A stretch of 64,000 bases of DNA from Seison nebaliae (taxonomy: Eukaryota). The stretch covers positions 1 to 64,000 of the forward strand of contig JALJEE010000712.1 of NCBI GenBank assembly GCA_023231475.1. Direction: 5' to 3'. The translations under genes and the position numbers were made by a program. Below, in pieces: positions 25,958-40,422 of the stretch. The notes beneath the pieces are model-generated. The model was not told the origin of the DNA. It searched no databases and saw only the letters and a list, made by a program, of their open reading frames with translations. Position 1 is the first letter of the stretch, and each line of letters opens with the position of its first letter.

Positions 25958-28559
25958 TTATTGGAGGGAAGAATTGTTATGATATCCAGAAAAGAAGTAG
26001 CGGTCGAGAGAATAAGCATCTGATTTACCTGCTGGATACCAAGGCATTTGTGATTGGGAATTCCTTCGACCCTGTCTAGTCATCGGTTGATATTTGGTCT
26101 ATACAAAATTAATAATTATAATGAAATAAGAAATTTGAAGATTTTGAGAATAAATTTTTAACTTTATTTTCGAGCCATCTGTCATAAGCGATTTTTGATT
26201 TTTCTTGACGTTCCATCGTCCTCCTCTTCTCCGTCATTTCCTTCTCTAAACTTTTCTCTTCTTCTTCTCGTTTCTTTAACGTTAATTTTTTCTTCCTAAA
26301 AACAAATTTTCATTCAAAATTTCAAATTAAGAAATTTATCAAAATTCTCAACCATGCTTTATAACCAGCATCATGTGATGGTTGTTTGTTGGCTGATTTC
26401 TTTCGCTCATTTTCTTCCCGTTCTTCCTCTTTCTTCTTCTCTCCTTCTTTTCTTATTTCCATCTTCTTTTTCGCCAATCTTCTCGCATCTCTTCTCCACC
26501 ACTCATGATATGCTCTTCTATTCTTTTCTTCATTCTCTTCTTTTTCTCTTCTTTTCTCCTTTTCATCATATTCCTCATCTTCCTTCTTTTTCAATTTTTC
26601 TCGATCTGATTCTCGAACACGATCGATCCAACTTTTCAAATTGTTTTTCGATTTAGCTTTCTTCTGCTCTTCCAACTTTTTAAATGAAATCATAAGATAT
26701 ATGATTGAAAAAAGAGAATATATACCAAAATATTTTCTTCTTTCATCATTCTTTCCTTCATTCTCTTTTCTTCCACTTCTTTCTGCAACTTCTTATGCTT
26801 CTCAATATTCCAAGCAACAGTTGCCGGAGAACTGATAAAATGGAAAAAAGAAAATTAGATTAATAAAAACTTTATAAGTTTCTAACATATTCTTCCGAAT
26901 TAATTCGTTATCGATAATATTCATCTGTTCATTCGACGATTGTGTATTGTTCGATGCAATATTTTTGATATTATAAAATTCTTCGAGTTCATTGTCCAGT
27001 CTCGTTTGTACCTTCGATTTGACATGTGTAAATTTCGTACTATTTCTTCGCTTACTACTTATGTCGGTTTGGGACGAGAATTTTTGACTAAAAATAACAA
27101 AAATTCATCGGATAATCGAAGGAAATAAATAATTTCGAATAACTTGCCCAAATTTGTAAAGGCAGAATGTGCTCGATCACTATTCACAGACGACAGATCA
27201 GCAATGCTAGAATTAAGAATTTGTGATTTTCTTGTATGACCGAAACTTTTGTCGATTTTCGTACTACTTCCATTCCTGCCAAAGAAATATGAAATTAGTT
27301 TATGAAATATGAAAAAATGTGAACGATAATTTCGATTTACGAGTTTCGAGACAAATCGATTCATCTGATGAATTCTCTTGATAAACCCGATTATATCCTT
27401 TTTCCGACATGACGTTACTGTTACTGTTTTTGTTTAAAGAGGATTTGATTGATGAGAATGTCAATTTCGGTTTGAGAAACTTATCGTAATTTGGATCGGT
27501 TTTCTGATTAATTGGTGGTTTCTTCTTGCCTTCTCGTCTTACTGGAGTGCTTAATCGATCATAGAATGTTTTTCTGTCAAAATTATTTTTCGGTGTTTCT
27601 TTTATCCGATGAAATGCAGAGTCATTCAATTTGGAATATGGTGAACGATCAATATCTTTCTCTTTTCCTGATTTACGACTACGATGTGAGACAGGTGGAT
27701 CTCTATCAAGTTCTTTTGATTTCCTTAAAGATGTTCGTGAGAAACGTTCGGGAGATTCGATCTTATATTTTGGACTTGGCATTTCTTCGATATCTTCCAA
27801 TTTTTTTAATCTCGACAATGATCTACTCGATGAATAAGATCGTGAATTGCTCCTGGGAGATGATTTGGATGAATTCGTTTTCGTTTTCGATCTGACAGGC
27901 GATCTTACCGAATGACGAATTTCACTCCATTCATCTTCTGATGTTATTATTGGTTCTTTCTTCAAAAATGTTCTCAAATGTTTCAAATCATAATCTTCCT
28001 CACTCTCAATATCGTCCCCATAAAAATCATCACTAAGCATATCGTTCGATCGATATGGACTGGAATATTTTTTGTCTTTCAAATTTTCACTTTTTCTTGA
28101 TGATGACGATCGCCTCAACGATTGTTTACTGAAAGAATTTTAAAGAATTTTAGAAAGATCAATTGAGGGAGAACCTGAGAGAACCACTACTATCACGACT
28201 TCGATCACGACTACGACTTGGTTCATGATATTGCTGTTTAGATGAAGAGATCGATATATTTTTCGGCGATTCCTGTTTAGGTTGTTTCTTTAAGAATTTG
28301 TGAGCCTTCAATGTCCTGGAGGGAGAAGATTAATTGGAATTTATTATTGGAAAATTGAGAATAAAAGAAACTTTGGCGAAGTTGACGATCTCGATAAACT
28401 ACTGGGAAAAAATGGTAGAAAGTTATCTGTGAAACAAGGGCAAACTCATGTTTACTACTTGACGAATCATACAGACTATTGAAAGGGAATTTAAAGATGA
28501 ATTACTTGCGACGAATAGAGAACTAACATTGAGTCACTTGAATCGTCAGAAAAATTCAT
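25958..28559 (-). CDS. MAP9: MAP9/ASAP-like microtubule-associated protein, about 11 exons
   Basis: S/R-rich disordered N-terminus, then a charged helix with five spaced Trp (VAWNIEK, KSWIDR, HEWWRR, KAWKKK, AYDRWLENK) and terminal PWYPAGK, as in MAP9 (EYEKWLENK...PPWSPP). Confidence 0.62.
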
Positions 28560-28648
28560 TCGGTTGAAGAAAAAACGCTGAGAAATTTGCGCTCCAAATG
28601 AATATTTCGAGTTGCAAGAATGAACTGTAATAAAATTACATCCCATTA

Positions 28649-28661
28649 GTCTCTAAGCAAC
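28649..28661. promoter_or_regulatory. RFX X-box-like motif
   Basis: GTCTCT-A-AGCAAC (RGYAAC half-site) about 90 bp upstream of the MAP9-like ATG. Confidence 0.45.
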
Positions 28662-30037
28662 ACACAGTAGATTGAGTGGAAGTGTTGTCTTTATTATCAT
28701 ACTTCACATCTATCAAATGATTATACTGAATGTTTAGCTTAGAATAAACGTCGTTCTTAATAATATTATCAATCGAACGACAAAGGAACATTGTCAAGTG
28801 TTTGTTCTTTTATGATTATTGAACGATATTTTGAGAGGGAATAACAATTCTAAATAATTTATTTGTTTTTTTTTAACATTTTCGATTATATTATAACATT
28901 CAAAAATTTTTCCAATTTCATAACTTCCGTACAATTTTTAGATGATTTTCTATTAGAGTTAATCGAAATTATTAATAATTTTCCGATTTCTTTTCACTTT
29001 CGGTATTGTCAAAAATTATCACAAGTAACAAGAGAGAAAACGATAATTTCACTATATCAATACAAAAATGAAAAGCTTAAATAATAGACTAATAATATAG
29101 ACATATATAGATATAATATAATACTAATAAACGGACAATATAACCTTTTTCAGCATTTTTCAGAAGTCACTTATTTTGAATTACTAACAAAATTCTACTA
29201 CAATTGTTACTTTCAATATATAAATTAATCAGTATAAAACTATAAGTGACGAGCGTCCCATATGTTTTCTTTTCCCATTCTGTTTCTGTTAAGTTTCCCA
29301 TTCTACTTGGTTAATATCATTGGTGCTTATTCGATTATATATTTCTTGAACAAATATACGTTGTTGTTCCGTCGTTATTAGACGGTGTCCGTGATAATAT
29401 CTGTGGAAAGCGATTGCAGTCCGAATGGAGAGGTCGATTTAATAACCGAATTTATAATAGAATTTTATATTTCAAATAAAATTTTTCTTATGAGTTCCGC
29501 TAAAACTTAATGAGAATTGAAAAAAGAAGTTTGAGAACAATTAGAAATTTGTAAATGAATGTTAATAGCAAGATATATGCCGCAATATTCCTAATGGAGT
29601 TGAAGGAAATATTAGGAATGAAGGAGATTTGAGGTTATAGCATAATCGACTGATTTACTTGAATTGTGTGGCGGAAACGATGTGAAAAATGATAAAGGAA
29701 AAAATTGATGAATGAATAAAATAAGTTAGATGAGCATATTTGACTGAGAATAGATAATGCGATTTAATTTTATTATCAAAACAATAATGATTTGGGAGGG
29801 CGGGCGGAAGTTGTCCATTTGAAATTTATCGAAAAGAAGTAGAATATTTGATAAAATTCAAAACGCCAAAAGAATATGCTGTATCAAATGCAAACAAAGA
29901 TTGAGATCTGTTAACGATAGAAAATGTTCTTCTTTTGAAATTTACAAATAATATTATTATGAATCAAAATGGAAATATGAATGAGAGAAGAATCATTTGG
30001 TGCCAAGTAAGTTTGTTGGGAGAACGATTGTGTCTAT

Positions 30038-30238
30038 TCAAATGAAAACGCATCCACTCTTCTCCTTGAACGGATTTTCTTTCTGACTGGCGAATCCATT
30101 GACGAGAACATCCGTGCCTTGATGTGCTTCACAGAAATCGATAATATCTCGACACACTACTGACACTTTTTGGCGCTGAATCGCAGCTTCTTGTCGTAAC
30201 TGTTCGGTCAATTTACGTTGGTTGCCAACATTCGCCAT
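30038..30238 (-). CDS. Heterotrimeric G-protein gamma subunit
   Basis: 66 aa; EQLRQEAAIQRQKVS, DVLVNG, ENPFKEK and CaaX CVFI; likely 5'UTR intron acceptor ttccccag 4 nt before the ATG. Confidence 0.96.
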   Translation of the reverse strand: MANVGNQRKLTEQLRQEAAIQRQKVSVVCRDIIDFCEAHQGTDVLVNGFASQKENPFKEKSGCVFI

Positions 30239-33200
30239 GATTCTGGGGAAAAGGCTACGGAAATGGAAAGTTTATCTAAAATTAATTTGTTGGGAGAAGA
30301 GAATTGGAGAATTGGTTAATGTTTAATATTTGACTAATATTGACGTTTATTCGTCTCGGATGAATATTAATTGGAATGAATTGAACTTCTACTCAATCCA
30401 AAAAGAATTATCAATCGAATGGGAAGGTTCATAAATAAATATTTATTGTGAACACAATTCTCAAGCGAAAACAATAAGTTTGAGAAGAGTAGACACTCTA
30501 TTGGATATCATGCATAATCAATTGGTAATTGAAGATCAATATTGAGTAGGAGAAAGAAAGATGAGAAGAAGAAGAAGAAGAAGAAGAAGAAAAAGAAGAT
30601 AATCAATTGAATTGGAGTTAATTGAATGAAGATAAATGACAAATAGAAATGATGTCGAGAAAGGAGAATATAGAAGTTTCTGTTGAATTTCAACTCGAAT
30701 TTCTTATTTGAAATAATCAAATACTTCTAATTCGTTCTTTTATTCTAATAAGAGAAATTTTCATGAAATGAAATTGAATGATGGAAGGAAATTGGAAAAG
30801 AAATTCTTGACGATTCATTACAACTTAATAATCGTACGTAATGTTCTTGAAGTGTTGCTGACTCGATTATGTTAAGACGGAAGATATTTTGTAAGAATTA
30901 TAAATTAATCGAATAATGAGAATTGGTAGGCAGATAAAACTTCAACTCAAATCTCTAAAAGCCTCTCAAATCTCAACAAAGTCGTCCCGATGTTGGAAGC
31001 ATAAATTATTTAAGGATTTAACTGAATTTCTTTGGCGATATTCTCTTCTTCTTTCCGTGTGAAGTTTTCATGAGAGAAACATGAGAGGGAAGTGAAATCG
31101 TTAGATCGATATAAAAAACGACGCTAAATAGATGATTAGACTTAATTGAGTGAAGATATAAAAGAGAAAAGATTAAAATGGGAAAATACATTTGTAAAGA
31201 TTCGAAAAATTAAATTGAATATAATCTCAAGTGCAGATATTTTTAATTTGAATAATTCCGTTTGGATGGAGAGATTGGAAGGTGAGAGTGAAAGAAAGAA
31301 AGAATTTCATTATGAATCTTTCATGTGGCTTCTCTTGTACAAGTGATTAGAAGGAAATGATTTATCATTCCATAAATTTGATATGAAGAACATACGAATT
31401 TGCTAAGGTTAATGTACATCACAGAACATTGATCATAAGAAAGATGATGATGATGATGATGATTTTGATGTTGATTTTGAACTTAACTCTTCCGAATGAT
31501 CTAATAGCAATGATCGAATTATGATGGAATCGATTCGATGCATATAAATTGGAAGGATGGAATGTTCATGAAGGGTAAAATGTTCAAAATAAGAGAACTG
31601 TTAAAATTGTTACAATAAGCAGAACAAACTCTATTAGAAAGAAATAAGGATGACGTCGATTACAAATTCTACTTTTACATCATTCCTCCTTTCTTTTTCT
31701 TTAAACAAATATGGGAATGTATGTGTGAGCTTTAACATCATCTTCCACTTCACATTCACCAACCGAAAGGAGGATAGAAAGGAAAGGAAGAGTTTTGGGG
31801 CAAGATTGAAAAAAAGGAGGAAGAATGAGAAACTATTCGGTCCGATATGGAGGAGAACGATAATTTAAAATGATATTTCGTTCTATCAACTTCTTTTTTT
31901 TATTGTCACTCTGGTCATAACGACGAGTTACATTATAACTTCCCATCATCAAATGCATCAACCATATCTGCCTTTTAAGCAAATGTATGTTGGATAATGG
32001 TAAGGAGATCGTGTTGCACGTTTCATCCGTCTGAACTGCATAGTCATAATAATAACACTGCTCCTCCGAAGAACATTGTCGTTCGTTACAACTGATGTTT
32101 CCACTGAAACTAAAAGTAAAATCGACAATGCAAGATATGAAGTGTGGAGAGTGTTGGATGGATACATGTCTGTCATTTCGTACAGATGTCGGTATATGAT
32201 GATGGAAGGGAAATCAGTCAAAATTATTAGAAATTGATGTGTACTTTATGAATAGAAGAAGGAAAAGTAATGAAAAAAGAAATTTGAAAGAACTAACCAA
32301 AACTGCAGTCATACAGTCTCTATTATCATATAAATGGAATGTTCGGAAATTACATCAGATATAAAAATTTGCTATCTCATTCCCTCACTGATTAGTGAGA
32401 ATTCACTATCGATAGATTGAACATGGAAATGACTGATCATTCATGACATTCGTTCTCGTCATTCAAAGAATGATTGTCCACAATCATTAAATAAAACCAG
32501 TTTTCGTGACTCCTTCTCTTCGCTAACATCCAAGTAAATTACTCAAATTACTCATAACGAATTCTATTCATATTCTACTTCCAATCATCATTAAATTAGA
32601 TTAATTATGGATATTGGGAAATTCACTTTGAAATGCATTTGGAACATCTTAAACAACATACTAGACGATGTTCAATATTAACAAGCTCATCCGTTATGTT
32701 GAATTCATCAAATTATACTAATTTCCTCAATATTCCACCATAATTCTGTTTCTTAGTTCATTTCTGCCAGACAACGACTTGTGTAGCAAAATCAATTTTG
32801 TACTAATTTGTGGATAAGAACACTAGGATACTTTTCTAGATAAGTAATTCCAATTTTTTATTTAACCTTCTTCTAATAAATCTTTTTTTTCCATTCGGTT
32901 TCCTAATCAGATCAATGGGGAAAATTCAAAAAAATTATCTGGTGGCTGTTAAACGGATTGTTTTTGGGAAATATGGATTCCGAGAATAATGACCTCGTTT
33001 GTTCTTTCGCATAATGAGCAGATGAATATGAATATGAAATGATGCACATTCGAATTTTGTTACTATCAATCTTTGTGTTGATCATCATCATCGTCCCATT
33101 CTTACGAACGGTAGATATTGATAGAAATTATTTATAAGAAAAATTAGGAGAATCTGATATTGGAAATGAATAATTCAAATCTTTCCCCGTCTACCACTAG

Positions 33201-36200
33201 ATCAGAGAGCACCGGAAACCAGACGATTTTTGAGAGGATATTCGGAGAGGTGTATATGGTAATTGTTTGATGGGGGAAGTTGGGCGAACGAATTAGTTTG
33301 GAGACATAAAGTAAATAATTGAGTGTAACAAAAAATAAATAAATGATCATTAACAAGAGGATAATAATGATGAGAATGATGATGATAATTATGATTTTGA
33401 AGATAGTCATTCAACTGAGAGAAATATGGAGGATAAAGATAACAATAAATTCAATACTTGTTAACTATGACTGTCATCATTAAGATGACACTTCTCTGAC
33501 GAATATCTTCACTCTCATTACATCATATACTCCCAATCGACATTAATTTGTGCTCATTCTTATAAATTTATTGGAAGATGATTAGGAAAGAATAAAATTT
33601 CTTCTAGAATAATATTCTCTTCGACATCTACGTAGTTTTGTTTTCGGATAAAAGATGAGATTCTAATATAATCGATTTTGACCTGCCTGTTTCTTCCATT
33701 CTTATCGAAACTACCTAGACTATCTTAATATTGACATGAGTCCATTAATGCCACCACTAACACAAGATAAGTACTTCAGTCAGAGTTACATAGATAAATA
33801 GTATTTGATAAATAGATAGAAAGATAGATAATCTTCTCCTCTCACAATTGTCGTGCATTTTCCAACGAATTGAATTGTATCACATCCAATGTATCAATAT
33901 AATTCAAAAATACATCCCTTCTCTGCTAAACTTCAACCAGATTAAAATTGAGTAATCTCTTCAGGAGAAGGATTTGCTAGATTAATTTGCGCATTTTTGT
34001 TCTTCTTTCAATCATCTTATTGTATATTTCGATTAAGAATGTCGTTAAAATTACAATTGCATATCCATACAATGTTTCATAAACCATCATTCCAGGTACT
34101 TACATTATCACAAGATACCGATGAGAGTGAAACATTTAATGATTTAATCTTGTAAAATAACTACTACTACTAATAATAAAGTTGGCGGTTGATCAAATCC
34201 ATTTCTCCATAAATCTACCATGTTTAGGTTTGAATAGTTTTGAATGTTTGGTGTATAACTTTTTTCCACATCATTCCACCGTCATATATAATGATTACTA
34301 ACTAAATCTACCGGTCTTAAATTCATCTATACTTATTTCCTTTAGTCGATACTACGTCCTGTTTTAATGGTAGTCCGTTTATGCACTCCAGCAATGTTGT
34401 TTTTTAACTAATTAGAAGTTATAAGAAAACATCTGTGCCCATTCTACACAACATAAGAGCGACGAATAAACATATTGGAAATGTTAAACATGAACGTTAA
34501 ATTTTCGGTTCATTTAATCGACGCGATGTCAAATGCTCCAATTCCATGATAAGAACACTTTTCTTTTGTTAGTCTTAAAAAGTTTTATTAGAATCAGTGC
34601 TCAGCACAGAAACAGGAATAAAAGTGTAAGTGTCTGGAATTAAATTTTGATGTAATTTTTATTTCAGAACATCTTTTCCAAGTTTGTCCTCTCAGAGACA
34701 GGAGAAGAGGAAATAAGATTGAGGAAGAAGATGATGATACTTCCAATCAAAAGAAGATATTTCAAGAAATGATTAATTTGAAATAGAGGAATACACAAAC
34801 CAAAAACAAATTGAACCGATGAAGATTTGATAAGTAAGAAAAAATGTGTAATTTGCTTATGGAACATGAAGTAAAAGGTTAGAATAGGAAAAGGAACATC
34901 ATGCAACCGTGAATTCGGAGTAATATTGGAGATTAAACAGTTATTGAGTTCAATCTGATACGTAATAAAGTAATGACAAAAGAAGCGAATATGAATTGGG
35001 AGAGGAAGAAGGAAAAAAACTGATTAACATTTCTTTTTATACAGCCAACAATTTTTTAATCATCTTTTTTTAAAAGAATACGATGCTTATGAAGATAAAT
35101 TGAATCAAGAGAATAACGTAATTTTCAGCTGTAATATTCCACTTCGATTAGATTGCGCGATGTACACAATTTAGTAATTTGGGAAGAAGATATGCTTTCG
35201 TCCCTTCTTCTACTACTTCTTCTTCTTCTTCTTCTTCACCAATTTCCCGTATTCCTGCTACACATATGACAGTATCGATAACACCAACAAAAAGATAATC
35301 TTGAATGCACATCATAATGTATGCTTTCCTAAAATAAATTTTTATGTACTACATCCAACCAATAAGTGTCCCAGTATAGAATTTAGTCCCAACTACATGA
35401 AACGATATTGGACCAAGTGGATATGTATATGTAATAATTCATCGTTATTGCATCTTAATTGAAAGAATGCTCTCTCTGTCTGATTGTTGAAGAATCTCTT
35501 TGTATTTAGATGAATCTGTATCATTACCAATATTATCATCATTATCATTATTATTATCGTCATCACCATCGTTATCATAATTAATAATTTGATATTATTA
35601 TTCTTCTTTTATTTATTTCTCCTTTTACAATATCCTTTAACTATCATCTATAGAATTTATGAGAATCATCTTAACTTACACTAACAGTCAGTCATCTCAT
35701 GAACATCGTACCTCCAACTTTTCACTGGGTTTCTTTCCGACTAGAAAGCCATATCTCTCATCATTCTCTCCCCAATGCTCATTTGACGAATGAGTGAATT
35801 GATAGAAATGGACATTCTCCCTACGATATTCTCAAGGAAGAAATACTTCTTCTCCCCCAAACCCCCCTCAATCATAACACCATAATCAACAATATATATA
35901 TAATAATACTGATAATACTTCAACATGAGCAAATACGATATGACATATCATCTGAACATAATAGAAAATTCCGGAAATAATTTCACTTTATTACGAGCTG
36001 TTCAATCGTTTTCTTTAAATTATCTGTTTTCTTTAAATTTATCTTAAAGAAAACTGGAGAAATTTCTTGCCACATTTTTCCCTTTGATCATTCATTTACA
36101 CGAAAACACTAGTATAACATCATCATTCCTTAAATAACTTCTCTGCAAGAGTGGACGGATGTGCCAAACAATTTTATTTCCTTAACAAACTCATTCGAAC

Positions 36201-38007
36201 GAAACTTCTCCATGTATGAGAGTACAGGTGAAAGGAGACAGATATAACTATTATTCTATAATCTATAACCATTGTATTCAAATACATAATGCATCTAATC
36301 TTTATGTAATTTAGAGAATGTTTACTGTAATTTCATCAGATACAATATCTTTTCCCATATAACGCTTTCATTCTTATTTCCTGTCTTAATTCCCATAATA
36401 TAGAAGATAATTGACATTTCTTATTAAGCACCAACATTCTCATATGAGTCCTCCTTCCCCTCCCCCCTCCTGAGTCCTCCTCCCTCCAAATCAAAACTGA
36501 TTATAACAGATTGATATTACTCACTTAATTCATTCTCACACATTTCTAATTGAACTAAATTCAAATTATTTCAACCAAATGAAACAAGACAAGAATTCCT
36601 TATCAATTCCATTCCCTAAATTTTTCACCTTTCGAAATTCTCATCCAAAAATTAAATTTCCCACGTTCAATCTCCTAACTAAATCAATTAGATGTGATCG
36701 TGTAATTATTCTCCTCAATGACTTCGTTTCCTTTAATTATTCGAAAATTGACTGATGTTACCATACATTATGCTCCAGTGCGGTCATCTTTCACTTCAAT
36801 TTATTCTCCATTAATTCTAATTGACTCTCTTCCTTTATCACAAGTCAAAATTCTCACAATATGATGCGTGGAGAAAATGTCGAAGTTAATCAACTAATAA
36901 TATACGAAAATATATTGTTATTCATTCAAATGATTATTAATAATATTAATTCATTATCGACATTAAAGAATTGGAGTTCTAATTATTATTATTTTTTTTT
37001 ATTATAAAATCAAATCCCCTCGGAGTAAATTAAGAATTATGAACCTTTTTATTTCGAGTTTAAATATGTTAATAATTTTGGAGGAAACAATTGAATAAAA
37101 CAAAATAAAATGAGTCAATTGTGAAAAATGAGAAGTGATGTGAAATAATGTACATTTGGCACCGTTCCAAAGATTGCATAATTCACTCTCAATTCCATAT
37201 TAACGGAATGCATAATAATTTTTTGGAAAATAGTATTTGGTATAGACTATTAATTTCATTCACTTATGATGATAATATTATTCCTTCTTTCTCATTCCGA
37301 TCTATTAAGAGACAAAGTGAAGAGATAATTTCGTGTCAATCATTTGTTGTCATGATCGACAGTCTCCTTATTATTCATAAGACCTTTTAAACCAATCATT
37401 TGATGAGGACGCTATTGAGAAAAGGTAGGAAACAAATCGCTTATAAGAATAATAGACAAATTGAAATGAGAAGGAAATAATGAACATAAATTATTTTATT
37501 TATATTTGACAGAAAAATTGTATTATGAACTTTTCTGTCTATCCATCGTCTTCCCCCTCTCCCCAACCTCGTACCGAAGCACATCACCAACTCACAAAAC
37601 TATAATGTGACTTTTTTCTTATTATATTCTCATTTCCTACTCTCCCTCCCCCTCACACTCTACTCATCGATCACTATTTTATTTGTCTTCCAATTGTTCC
37701 ACGACTCAATCAGTGACCGTCTTGAGAGAACTCTGATTAAATAGAATGGCGTACAATTGTCAAACTGTCTCATGATTTATGAAAGGAAATCTATGCAAAT
37801 CAACTCTCCTCCACAACAACAACAATACGTAACAACAACAAATGTGGAAGTGGAGAATGGAAATCTATTCAAAATAATCATAAATTAAATGGAAAATATT
37901 AGAAAATGGAAGTGAATAATGAGTCATTGCGAAATGTTTTAATAAATGAATGATGAATTATATTTAGTGAGTGGAACGACGAAAGATATTTATGAACATC
38001 TTTTCAT

Positions 38008-40422
38008 TCAATTTCTCAGTCGTTCATATTCACTGATTTCACTTAAATCTTTAAAAGACTCTTGTCGAATGTGCAATGAGATGTCATTAGCGAACGAATC
38101 GAGCAATGTGCCAATGGAAACAGGCTCTAATGAAGCATGATGATATGGTGGTAAAAGAGATACCTTTTGTCTCTCCATATTCTCTCCCAAATATTCAAGA
38201 AGAGTATGATAAAGATCTTCTGCTTCATTCATCTTCCTTGACATCTCTCCTAACAGACGTCTCCATGTTCGTAAGAGACGTGCAATAAAATCACTCAATT
38301 CCTTATCAGCTCCTTCCACTTCATGTAAATTCAATGAATGATAGAACGTTCCATACTCTTCGTAAACCGATTGCAACCATTCCCATTCTTCGAGAATGAA
38401 TTCTGTTGAGAACTCTATAATAAGAAATAAAATAAGAAATAAATCGTTAGTACATCACTAAAATTATTTCTTCAAAATCTCCTTAAAATTTCAAGTAGAA
38501 AATTAAATTTTATACAAATAAAAGACAATTGAAGAAATAAATTAAATTTTTTAAAATTGGAAAAAATTTTTAAAAAAATAAAATTATCAAACAAAATTAA
38601 CAATAACTTCTCATGACAAATTCGTGAGTTTTCGGTAGAAAATTTTCTTGATGGTTGGTTGAAACGACAGTTTTCCCATGTTTTTCCATCAACACATGAG
38701 CGACACATTGAGAAATAATATTTTTGTTCGAATGATTATTATTGAATAGTTGAAGGAGTTGTAGAGTTGAGGAATGATTGAGATTGGTGATGGTCGTCTT
38801 TTCCAGCAATTTAAGAAGAGTTTGGAAAGAAACCTGTAATTTAGCAGACGAACATATTTCCCTTATCATTTCATTGATATGTTGAAAGAATGGAATAATT
38901 GAATTTAAACGAGTCTCATATTCATATTTGAAGATGAATGCTTCCACTCGACGTTTCGTATAAGAAACGGAACTTATTAATTTCTTCATTAAAATATCAT
39001 TCATATCGGAAAGATGGATGAGATCTGTGTCTAATAACTCTCGAATCTCATCGTTAGATGGTAAGAATCGAGATAATTGTTCCAACATCTCATTCTTCTT
39101 CAATAAATTTCCATTTGTCATTTCGTTCAATTCTCTTATCAATTCATCTATATCTAACTTGTAATATCGACGAATGATAGATAAATTGAATCGTTTCGAT
39201 TCTCCAATTATTACTTTTTTATTTTCTTTGATACGTATCAAATCGAGACTTTGACTCTTCCTCTTTTTTATGAGACGTTTATCTTCTTTGAGTGATGGCA
39301 TTGTTCGAATTAATTGACCGTCATTATTCGAATTATCCACCTCATTATCAATCGGCAATTCATTAATTAATCTCAATAGATCCGAATCTAAATCTTGACG
39401 ATTCCAACCACAAATTAAAGGCAATTCTGTCATTATCTGTTTCGTTGATATTTCTCGTTTCTCTTCATTCGTGTTAATGGAACGATCGATCACTTCGATC
39501 TGATTCGACGTGTTCATTTCTTTATCGATCATTTCAATTCCTGTCGTATTTGTAAATCGATCCATCTTTTTCTGATGAATAATTTCGGGTGAAATTTTCA
39601 TTTCTTTCTTCTCTTTCAATTGAATATCCTCTTTCTTCGTCATCGACGTGTTCGCCGACCGATCAATGCGAATGATGGAGAGACTTCCAGTCGATTTATT
39701 TTCAACTTTCTTTTCTTCAACTTCATCCTTTTCAGAAGAAATTTATTAGAAGAATTTAACAATTTCTTCTCTAAATCAAATTTTCTTCTCCTTTCATTAC
39801 TCTGCAAACTCATATGGATAATGTGAAAAGCCAAATCATAAATTTCCCCCACCAATTCCAATGTGAAGACGAAATCGTTTTAACAAAATTGAACTTACAT
39901 CTTTATCCAGTACGATAGAGATGACGATATTAAGAAAATATCAGGAAGCAAAATGAAAAAATTGTTCGAGAATTTCCTAAGACGAAAAAATTAACTTTTG
40001 ATGTTTTGAGCAGTTTTCTGGAAAATGACATCACCCTCTCGAGGTACAACAGTCAAATTATCTAAACAAATAATTTTTGAGAGAGATTTGAGAGAAGGAA
40101 AACTATCAGACTGTCGTTGTGACATACTATCTGATGGACGTTGTAATTCTGACATCGGTTTCTGAAGAATATTCATCGACAAATATGATAATAATCGATT
40201 TCTAATCAATTCACCATTGTGCACATCAGATAATTGACGATCGATTGATTTTAATAATGATGAATAATTGTCCGTTCCATTTAGATAACGAATGAGATCA
40301 TCACGAAGACATATCCATTGATGACGAGTAAGAATAGAACGAATGTCAGCAGCTAAACGATCTAACCGATTCTTTGTCCATTTATCATTGGCATAATAAT
40401 ATATTGGAATTTGATAATTCAT
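38008..40422 (-). CDS. Delphilin (GRID2IP)-like protein: harmonin-N-like domain plus degenerate FH2; junction ambiguous or frameshifted near 39745
   Basis: LAADIRSILTRHQWICLRDDLIRYL...LLKSI (HN-like); KRFNLSII, MLEQLSRFLPSNDE, RRVEAFIFK, EICSSAKL (FH2); last intron 38607-38417. Confidence 0.65.
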
